A stretch of DNA of 64,000 nt. Origin: Bacteriovoracaceae bacterium UBA1511. GTDB lineage: Bacteria > Bdellovibrionota > Bacteriovoracia > Bacteriovoracales > Bacteriovoracaceae. Below the pieces are notes generated by a model that saw only the letters and a program-made list of their open reading frames with translations, did not search any database and was not told the origin of the DNA. The first letter of the stretch is position 1, and each line of letters starts with the position of its first letter. The stretch covers positions 31,663-95,662 of the forward strand of contig DCQT01000033.1 of the NCBI GenBank assembly GCA_002323535.1, given 5' to 3'. A program made the translations under genes and the position numbers. This document shows, piece after piece, positions 18,715 through 26,354 of the stretch.

Positions 18715-19071
18715 TTAAATTAATCCCATCTTTTTGCCTTGCTCATAAAGCGCGGCTTTTTCTTCTTCACTCATGTTTTGAAATTTATTCATGAGTTCAC
18801 TTTGTTGTTCAGGACTCATTTGACTCATCATTTCTTGGGCTTTTTTAAAGAGATTTCCTTTATCCGTGTCCATGCTAAAGATAATTTTCTCTCCGCTCGT
18901 TTCAGTTTTTATTCCAAGGGTTTTGAGTTCTTCACGAACCTTGTTGAAATTCACGCCGGCTTTATCCGCCTTCTCGTAAAGAGCTTCTAGTGGAAAAGCG
19001 ACTTTTTTTTCAGGAAACCCATTTGCGGTGAGATTTTTTTGTACTTTTTCTAAAAATGATTGCTGAGACAT
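18715..19071 (-). CDS. Hypothetical cytoplasmic protein (118 aa)
   Basis: Clean ORF with AGGAG 6 nt upstream. No signal peptide and no recognisable motif. Confidence 0.55.
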   Translation of the reverse strand: MSQQSFLEKVQKNLTANGFPEKKVAFPLEALYEKADKAGVNFNKVREELKTLGIKTETSGEKIIFSMDTDKGNLFKKAQEMMSQMSPEQQSELMNKFQNMSEEEKAALYEQGKKMGLI

Positions 19072-19077
19072 GTAAAA

Positions 19078-19113
19078 CTCCTAAATTGATTAATTACTAG
19101 TTCAATTTAGGAG
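19078..19113 (-). terminator. Perfect 12-bp hairpin between the 923-aa gene and the 118-aa gene (terminator and/or SD-sequestering element)
   Basis: CTCCTAAATTGA (19078-19089) and TCAATTTAGGAG (19102-19113), 12-nt loop. On the minus strand the stem is followed by TTTTAC-ATG, and its 3' arm contains the AGGAG of the downstream gene. Confidence 0.45.
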
Positions 19114-19148
19114 CTTATTCAAATTTTTTTTAACTATAGAGGGTGTAT

Positions 19149-21920
19149 TTAAAACCGTGGGGTGAATGTTCCTCGTGATCTTGCGTTCCTCGAGCCCATA
19201 GCCCCGAAGATTTGGTTAAACCTTCTTTGGTTCCTGTGATTACATGAATTATATCTTTCTATACAAGACGAAAGCCTTTGTTGATTTTGCCTGATGTATT
19301 CATTAATCGGGCTGGTCATAGAATCTTGTGGTTCTAGTAAATCTGTTAGCAAATAAGATTCTCCAGTAACTTCAATGCAGCTCAAGTAATTACCAAGGCA
19401 TGAATTTGCTGTGGCTTTTGCTAGGTCTAGGTTTCCTTCAAAGCGAATGTATCGAAGCTTACAAGTTGGATCATTACCACAATAATAATCTAAGCAGCCT
19501 CCAGCAGAGTTATGCCGCCTTGAAATATAACTTGATAGGCTATCGTTATCTTGGCCACCATTTTCATCGAATAGACTACTGTGATTTCTTCCATCTTCCA
19601 TCCACCAATCAAAAACCTCTTCAGGGGTGAGGTCGTATGGGTATAAGTCTGCAAGTACTTCTGGTGATTCACAATAATTTTTCACACATGAAAATGGGTC
19701 TTCTTCTCCTGCTTGCTCAAAGAGTATGTCCAAGTCATCATATCGACAAGAAAATGAATGTGCCTCTAATGAGGAGGAATTATCACTAATAGAGTAATTT
19801 CTCTCAGGAGTACTTTCATGTTGATTTTCATCTAAACCTTCTTGCGGGGTCGTTTCTGGGCTTTCTTGTTGTTCTCTACCTACAGGCTTTGAAACATAAG
19901 TACCACCAACTCTAAAATGAGATTTTTCGGTTGGTTCGTAATCAAGTTTAAGTGTCCAATCACCCAAAACAGACCAACTATAAGCTCTTTTGTTTGCGGC
20001 AACCTTAGGTGCCATGGATGCATCAAGCGAGTCACTTTTAAGGTACTCTTTTACGATAACTCCAAATTCATTATTTGCGAGATCTAAATGGTGAAGACCG
20101 TCGTTCTCAAAAGGTGTGTCATTGAAAACCTTTGATCTACCAACTATTGTTAAAGCCTTACCATAAAAAAGTAAGGAGTTTGAATTTTGCATTTTCCCGT
20201 AATGAAAAGAGTTGTAGGGTCTATTGTTAAAACCTGGTTGTGTTGTAAAGTTACAACCACTATGAATTATAAAACTTGGAGGTACGTCACGGAGTGTCTC
20301 ACTGTGGTAGATACTTTTCATCAGGAAAAAATTTGCGTACCCATTCACGTGATTTCGTAGGGAGACGCGTTTTATATTATAACTTTCATCATTCCACCAA
20401 TTGTAAATTTGATCACCTATTCTCAAGGTCAATGCCTCGTTTATTTGTTGTTCAATTATACTCATATAATTGTTCTCTAATGGTTCGGGTATTAAGTATA
20501 GGTTTGGAATTTGGTAATTAAATGTGCTAGACCTACTACTTGAGTGAGCGACTATTGATCTTAGCCTCATTGGTTTTTTAAGAAAATCTACATAATCAAT
20601 CAAATTTGCATTTTCCGGGCCGGAGACAGGAGCATCAAAGCTAGCATCCGCACTATGTGCATGATTTGTGGTTTCTTGTGAACTAAAGTCCTCTGCGGCA
20701 ATACCACCGCCCCTATAGGGTGTATCAGAATCCCCGCCATTCCTGAATTTATGATTGTGATCTAAATACTCAATGAGAAGCTTTCTTTCTAGATCTTTAT
20801 CCTGATTGAATCTGATGTCTGTATCGCTTGAGACTTCCACTGGTCTTCCATTTTCTCCCCCGTGATTATCTCTTGGTGTGAGAGAAATTTGTTTTGGATT
20901 AATCCTTGAAATCATTATTTCAGGTTGTGCCATTGGGTTTGGATTTCTTAAGTCTTCACTGGTTGCTTCCAGACTTAAATGTCGTTTGGAATAGGTGAGG
21001 GCTTTTGGAGAAATAACTCTTTCCCCTGTTATTCTTTTATAGGCATTTAATAGGCGTTTTTGACGTCTTGTAAGACCAGTCTGCATAAAGTCTGCATCGT
21101 TAACGAGGAAGAAATCTTCGAAGTGTTTGACTCCAGTCTCTGTTGTTGAAAAAACAGTATATTGATTATTTTTATGCCAGTCATTACCATAAATTCTTGA
21201 CGGTATGCCTTTGAAAAATGGTATCGCAGTTCTTGGTTGAAAATATAAATTTTCCCAATTCCCATCAAGGTCACTAAGAATAATATCAGAATTTGCAGCT
21301 CGAACCTCTGGGACAATTCTTAACCAACCGCGTTCATTTGTTTGAACCCCACTAATTTGAGTTTCTGCTTCTTTTCTCCAAATATAACGATGAATAATTT
21401 GGGTCTCTGGAAATGAGCCGATTAGTAAAGCTCCCTCAAAATTTCCGCGACTAAGAGTGTGAATATCTTTAAACATTCTTCTAAGCGCTAAAACAATTCT
21501 TCCATCTTGGTGAGTTCCTCCATTATATAAATCAGTCACAATAAAGTGCACATCTTTACCTTCTCGTTCGAGATCTTCTCTTAAATTATCAAAGCGCTTT
21601 TCAAGGTTAAATAAATTATAGTCTCTTGATGAAGTCCTCTCATGATCCAAAAGTCTTTTCTCAACCAGTACTATGACAACAGGTCTAGATCCGTGAAGAA
21701 GATTTTCTTTTTGTTGATACTTTCTAGTGTATTCCTCGGAGATATCATTCAGTTCCAGCTCTGAGGAGTAGTACATTTTAAGATCGTTAATTTCATTCGT
21801 ACCATCATTGTTAATGTCGAAATTTTTATACTGATTAATAACTGCCTTTAGCCTTGATGAACTCGCAGCCAAAGATACTGTTGAAAAAAGAGTAAATAAA
21901 ATTAATAGAATAAATTTCAT
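19149..21920 (-). CDS. Large secreted protein of unknown function (923 aa) with a C-terminal Cys-rich module
   Basis: Signal peptide MKFILLILFTLFSTVSLAASS. One DxNxDG Ca-loop-like motif (DINNDGTNEIND). The C-terminal ~150 aa carry repeated C-x3-Y-x(0-2)-C pairs shared with the 858-aa protein. Confidence 0.7.
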   Translation of the reverse strand: MKFILLILFTLFSTVSLAASSSRLKAVINQYKNFDINNDGTNEINDLKMYYSSELELNDISEEYTRKYQQKENLLHGSRPVVIVLVEKRLLDHERTSSRDYNLFNLEKRFDNLREDLEREGKDVHFIVTDLYNGGTHQDGRIVLALRRMFKDIHTLSRGNFEGALLIGSFPETQIIHRYIWRKEAETQISGVQTNERGWLRIVPEVRAANSDIILSDLDGNWENLYFQPRTAIPFFKGIPSRIYGNDWHKNNQYTVFSTTETGVKHFEDFFLVNDADFMQTGLTRRQKRLLNAYKRITGERVISPKALTYSKRHLSLEATSEDLRNPNPMAQPEIMISRINPKQISLTPRDNHGGENGRPVEVSSDTDIRFNQDKDLERKLLIEYLDHNHKFRNGGDSDTPYRGGGIAAEDFSSQETTNHAHSADASFDAPVSGPENANLIDYVDFLKKPMRLRSIVAHSSSRSSTFNYQIPNLYLIPEPLENNYMSIIEQQINEALTLRIGDQIYNWWNDESYNIKRVSLRNHVNGYANFFLMKSIYHSETLRDVPPSFIIHSGCNFTTQPGFNNRPYNSFHYGKMQNSNSLLFYGKALTIVGRSKVFNDTPFENDGLHHLDLANNEFGVIVKEYLKSDSLDASMAPKVAANKRAYSWSVLGDWTLKLDYEPTEKSHFRVGGTYVSKPVGREQQESPETTPQEGLDENQHESTPERNYSISDNSSSLEAHSFSCRYDDLDILFEQAGEEDPFSCVKNYCESPEVLADLYPYDLTPEEVFDWWMEDGRNHSSLFDENGGQDNDSLSSYISRRHNSAGGCLDYYCGNDPTCKLRYIRFEGNLDLAKATANSCLGNYLSCIEVTGESYLLTDLLEPQDSMTSPINEYIRQNQQRLSSCIERYNSCNHRNQRRFNQIFGAMGSRNARSRGTFTPRF
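19432..19498. repeat. 67-nt segment matching 24714-24780 in inverted orientation
   Basis: Hand alignment gives 55/67 identical with no gaps, including an exact 22-mer (19477-19498 versus 24714-24735). Encodes CLDYYCGxDxTCxLRYIRFEGN. Confidence 0.7.
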
Positions 21921-22396
21921 TATATTTTCTCCCGGTGATGATATAGCGTATGTACCAATAAAGAGACCATTTTATAGAAGTAAATTCAGGTGCTTACATT
22001 AGCATTTGTGTAAAGTGTAAATTGTTTAAATATGAGTATTTTTTATTTAGAATTAAAAGATTCTTATACCCAAAACTGGGTTTTCCCAATCCTTAGATGT
22101 TAATTACACTTGGGAGCCGCATTAGCGGTGTGTATTTTTTGATAAAAAATTAAACACTCAAAATTTCCATTTTGAGCAAACTAAAAATCTGATTTTTTAA
22201 ACTAGGGACATTGACTTAATTTATAGAGCTTAAGTGTCGAATTTCTTAATGGAAAAATAAAAACGATAAAGTTTAAAAGGATGCATAAATACGTTAACGG
22301 AAATGAGACTTTCCTTTTTTTTAGACTTTCAAAATAGATGACCTAGAGTGCGAAGATGAAATTACCGAAATCGTTTAAAGTGTTGAGTGCCAAAAG

Positions 22397-23038
22397 ATGA
22401 GAAAGAACAAGTTAATTATTTTACTACTTTTTATTTCAATAGGCGCAGTAAGTGCAGTTTTTTTCAATGCTAAAATGAAAAAAGGAAGGGATAGTTTTTT
22501 CAAAAGAGTGAGCGAGAAGGATATAAATTTTTCCATTGGCGAATTGTTAAGGTGGGAAAAAGGAACAATTAGTAATGAGGAGAAAGGACCCAGGGCCTTA
22601 AAGTTTTTAAAGAAAAATGTCTCTCAAGTAAGATCTGTCTTGCTTAAAAGACTAAATAGAAGAAAGTCATTAGGGTATGAGGTATTAGATACTCTATCTG
22701 TTATTGACCGAGTTGGAATGGATGAAGCGTTAAGACGAGAAGTATTTCAAATTATATCTAATACAAAAGAAAGCAAAAAAAAAGGCCATCACTCAAGCCT
22801 CTCTACACAAGACCACATTCGCTTAAAAGGGTTAGAGCTACTATACAAAGAAACAAAAAGTGGGAGAAAAGACTCAAAGCGGATGCTTGTTGATTTACTT
22901 TTAAAAAGAGATTTCCCTAATAAATACAAAATAAGTAACTTTTTACTCAAAGCGAATGGGAGCAAACGACGGGCGCTTCAAGTTGAGCTGAAAAAAGTTT
23001 TACCAAAAGAAGAGCACTATCTTCTTTTTAGAAAATAA
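22397..23038 (+). CDS. Membrane-anchored basic protein of unknown function (213 aa)
   Basis: N-terminal hydrophobic segment LIILLLFISIGAVSAVFF. Ends 3 nt before the 858-aa gene. Confidence 0.5.
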   Translation: MRKNKLIILLLFISIGAVSAVFFNAKMKKGRDSFFKRVSEKDINFSIGELLRWEKGTISNEEKGPRALKFLKKNVSQVRSVLLKRLNRRKSLGYEVLDTLSVIDRVGMDEALRREVFQIISNTKESKKKGHHSSLSTQDHIRLKGLELLYKETKSGRKDSKRMLVDLLLKRDFPNKYKISNFLLKANGSKRRALQVELKKVLPKEEHYLLFRK

Positions 23039-23041
23039 ATA

Positions 23042-25618
23042 ATGAAAGGTTATATTTTTACATTTTTGTTATTCTTTAGCGCATCTATGAATTTATATGC
23101 GGGCCACTCCATTACTTATTCAGACAAAACGTACCCATGCTTTAGTTCAGATGGAACATTTAATTTATACAACAATGTTAGAAGGTGGAGTCGGGAGGAT
23201 TTTCTAATTGGTGGAAATGAAGCAAGGGAAGGCAAAAATTGTTATGGAGCGGGAGCTATTCCTCCTTGGGCACCTAGAATAGCTTATGAGGGATTGGATG
23301 CAATATTTTATCCTGTATGTCGGGAAAGTTATGCTCAAAGAATCGACCCTTATAAACATGGTATTATTTATTACCAAGAAGAAATTTGCCCAGAGGGCAC
23401 TCTTGAAAATTCGGTTTTTAGAGGTTTTTCACTAGATGAAGATTCTTTTTTCGTTGGATTAAATGCCGAGTATCACCGCTTACATGTTCCGTATCGGGCA
23501 ACTTCCCGCCTATCTCAACTAGGCTTTAGTAACCGTTGTGATCTTTTTCACCCAAAGACAAGATTGGCCGGATCAGTTTATTTATTGAAACAGCTTTCAT
23601 TGAATCAAAATTTGTTTGGAGGTCTACACGAGGATTGGAAACCTTATACTTATAATTTAGTGAATGAATCAGGGGGAGTCGAAAGAGAATGTGATGGAGG
23701 GTATTCAGCAGTTGCTACTCACTATGTGCATCAAATTACACTTTGGGAGAACTTTTTTTATTCAAATCATGTTGCCCACAACGCGAGTACGCTCTCTCAT
23801 GAAGGTCAGCATGAGATAGAGTCTCATATTTGGTGTGATCGCAGCGATAGAGGCTTCCAATGTGATACCGGTTATGAAATGTATAATGAGAGCCTGTTTG
23901 ATTTAGGAGACGATGATACAAACGCCTATACAATTTCTACTTGGGTTCAAGAGGATTTAATTAAATCTTTTAAAGTTTTAAATAATAGCACTAAACAGGT
24001 TATTCGATTTTATGACAGAGGAAGACCCAACCCTGGGTATAAATGTATCATGAGGCCTTTGCTTGAAGGATCTCTTGGGTTTTATGCTTTCAATTTTGTC
24101 TCATCAGATAATAAGGGATTCAATATTCCAAAACCTACTTATGAGTATGCGACCTACCCAGAAATGATGAGTGACTTAAACCCTTCCTGGCGTTGTGATG
24201 AGTACCTTTGTGATCCTGCAGACTATGTTTACCTTCCAGGCTTCGATACAAATCTAAGCTGTAATGAAACTCTTAACCGAGATAACATTGAAGTGAACGC
24301 TCATAATAGGATGGTCTGTGATCCGAATAGAGATATTGCAATCGATTATCGAGAAAGAATTATGAATGGATCGCAAGAGAATCACCAAAGTATCTATAAC
24401 AATTATTACAATACTATAATGCGAGAAAAAAGAGCGTGTGCTCCAATAACTCAAGCGCATGTAAGTAACTATTGTGATGAAAGAATTGCTGATGTTAATG
24501 ATGTAGCGATATTGGATGAATATGGTTATATGGAAAAATATTCTCGAAGTGGGGCAGACTTTTGCGTTCGTCGATTTTGTGAGCAAGACGATGTGGTTGA
24601 AAAAATTTGGGGAGAATACAGTGGTGAATATTTATACAACTGGTGGACTGGACTTGATCGAAGTGATGAGGAACTTCTTGAAAGGATTCAAAATACGTCA
24701 GGGGTGGGGAGGAGCTGCTTAGATTATTATTGTGGAGATGATTTAACCTGCATCCTTCGTTATATTAGATTTGAAGGAAATACAGAGTTAGTAAATGAAG
24801 ATTTGAATGAGTGCACAGAGACTTATTTGAGTTGCATTGAAGAAACGGGTGAGGATTTTAGACTGGAAGATTACCCGGAGTATATTATTTCAGAGGAAGC
24901 CGAAAAACCAAATTTAGGAGGATTAACAAGTTCCATTAGTGATGAGCCTGAAGAAGGCCATCTTAGTTCATTTGATCGCTTAAATCACTTTGCCTGCCTT
25001 GAGGCCTATAGAATGTGTGAGGTCCGAGAGGTCGCCATTAAAGGAAAGATATTGGCGAGCTTATATAAAGAAAGGGCCGATTCACTTCCATTTCTTACGA
25101 GAGCTCGAGGCGAAGAAAAAATAAACCCAAGTGATTTTATCTCTCCGCGATTAAGAAAATCTAGTAAGCAGTATTTTACAGATGAGTTACTTCACCATTT
25201 AGAGGGTTTAAATAAAGATCCATATAACTTTGAAAATTTAAAAAAGTTTAACTATTGGTACTCAATGCCTGAAAATAAATCAAGTTTTGCTCACTTTATG
25301 CCCGAGGGATTTTTAAGTATGTATGGAGAGGAATATTCTGAATACATAGCGGGGCCTTGGATAAAAAGTTTTTCGCCTTTAAGTAGAAAAGATCTAAGCA
25401 AGGTGAGCCCAGAGGTTTCTTCTTTGCTTAAAGAAAGAGATAAACTAAGTAAGCTGCTGGCGCATTATTCAGGAAAAAATATTAGATTTATTCTTTTGAA
25501 TGCGTCAAAAAAATTACCAAAAAAGAAGTACTTGTTTCTTCTTCGAAAGCTTAAAAAGGCAAAAAATCTATCCCAAAAAATAAAAGCTCTAAAGGCATTA
25601 ACGATAAAGAAAAAATAG
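23042..25618 (+). CDS. Large secreted protein of unknown function (858 aa) carrying the shared Cys-rich module
   Basis: Signal peptide. The module at about 24563-25018 is homologous to the C-terminus of the 923-aa protein. Lys-rich C-terminal tail. Confidence 0.7.
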   Translation: MKGYIFTFLLFFSASMNLYAGHSITYSDKTYPCFSSDGTFNLYNNVRRWSREDFLIGGNEAREGKNCYGAGAIPPWAPRIAYEGLDAIFYPVCRESYAQRIDPYKHGIIYYQEEICPEGTLENSVFRGFSLDEDSFFVGLNAEYHRLHVPYRATSRLSQLGFSNRCDLFHPKTRLAGSVYLLKQLSLNQNLFGGLHEDWKPYTYNLVNESGGVERECDGGYSAVATHYVHQITLWENFFYSNHVAHNASTLSHEGQHEIESHIWCDRSDRGFQCDTGYEMYNESLFDLGDDDTNAYTISTWVQEDLIKSFKVLNNSTKQVIRFYDRGRPNPGYKCIMRPLLEGSLGFYAFNFVSSDNKGFNIPKPTYEYATYPEMMSDLNPSWRCDEYLCDPADYVYLPGFDTNLSCNETLNRDNIEVNAHNRMVCDPNRDIAIDYRERIMNGSQENHQSIYNNYYNTIMREKRACAPITQAHVSNYCDERIADVNDVAILDEYGYMEKYSRSGADFCVRRFCEQDDVVEKIWGEYSGEYLYNWWTGLDRSDEELLERIQNTSGVGRSCLDYYCGDDLTCILRYIRFEGNTELVNEDLNECTETYLSCIEETGEDFRLEDYPEYIISEEAEKPNLGGLTSSISDEPEEGHLSSFDRLNHFACLEAYRMCEVREVAIKGKILASLYKERADSLPFLTRARGEEKINPSDFISPRLRKSSKQYFTDELLHHLEGLNKDPYNFENLKKFNYWYSMPENKSSFAHFMPEGFLSMYGEEYSEYIAGPWIKSFSPLSRKDLSKVSPEVSSLLKERDKLSKLLAHYSGKNIRFILLNASKKLPKKKYLFLLRKLKKAKNLSQKIKALKALTIKKK
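24714..24780. repeat. 67-nt segment matching 19432-19498 in inverted orientation
   Basis: Partner of feature 19432-19498: 55/67 identity by hand count, with a 22-nt exact run. Confidence 0.7.
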
Positions 25619-25632
25619 GCGAACATTGATTT

Positions 25633-26349
25633 ATGACTGTAAAAAAAACCAGATTCGCCCCAACGCCCAGTGGTTACTTACATCTTGGTAATGTTTATAA
25701 TGCTCTAGCGTGCCAAAAGTGGGCAAAAGAAAATAGCGCAAAACTTGTTCTTCGAATTGATGATATTGACCGGGCGCGGTTTCGAATTGAATACCTTGAG
25801 GATATTTTTAAAACCATGGATTGGCTTGGGATCGAATTTGACGAAGGGCCTAGTGGGGTAGAGGACTTTTTAAAAAACTACTCCCAGCACACAAAGCTTG
25901 ATCAATATAAAAAATATCTCGAACCCGTCTCTCAAGATACCTTTTCCTGTGAGTGCTCAAGAAAAGATTTACTTGGTACTGATCACTACCCCGGAACATG
26001 TAGAGAAAAAAATTTAGCGTACAAAGAAGACTTAAACTTAAGACTTAAACCCATGGATGTGATCATTTATAAAAAAGATCTTCTTCCTAGTTATCACTGG
26101 AGTTGTGTCATTGATGATTATGAAATGAAAATAACTCACCTCATCCGCGGGGAAGACTTAATTCCATCAACCAACATTCAAGAAAAATTAAGAGAGAAGT
26201 TAAATCTACCAGCTATTTCTTCAACCCATCATCCTCTTGTCACTGACAAATCTGGACAAAAACTTTCTAAGTCCACACTGAAAAATGGGGGGCCTTTGAA
26301 AACGATTATTAGTAAAAAGTCGTTATATAAAAAATTAAAAAACAAGTAA
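25633..26349 (+). CDS. gluQ: Glutamyl-Q tRNA(Asp) synthetase (short form)
   Basis: RFAPTPSGYLHLGN (HIGH-like), LRIDDID, Cys cluster CECS..YPGTCR and KLSKS. Confidence 0.85.
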   Translation: MTVKKTRFAPTPSGYLHLGNVYNALACQKWAKENSAKLVLRIDDIDRARFRIEYLEDIFKTMDWLGIEFDEGPSGVEDFLKNYSQHTKLDQYKKYLEPVSQDTFSCECSRKDLLGTDHYPGTCREKNLAYKEDLNLRLKPMDVIIYKKDLLPSYHWSCVIDDYEMKITHLIRGEDLIPSTNIQEKLREKLNLPAISSTHHPLVTDKSGQKLSKSTLKNGGPLKTIISKKSLYKKLKNK

Positions 26350-26354
26350 TACTT

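Noticed and set aside
20253-20546. His459 (VAHSSS) and Cys556 (FIIHSGCNF) in the 923-aa protein as a caspase/gingipain-like (clan CD) dyad
   Set aside because: Both sit after hydrophobic strands as in clan CD, but the 97-aa spacing is about twice that of known members and no other family block is recognisable. It is speculative without structure prediction.
23798-23812. HEGQH (HExxH) in the 858-aa protein as a zincin active site
   Set aside because: HExxH occurs often by chance. The local context (STLSHEGQHEIESH) lacks the usual hydrophobic/small residues of zincin helices, and I could not identify a third ligand. This is not enough to call a peptidase.
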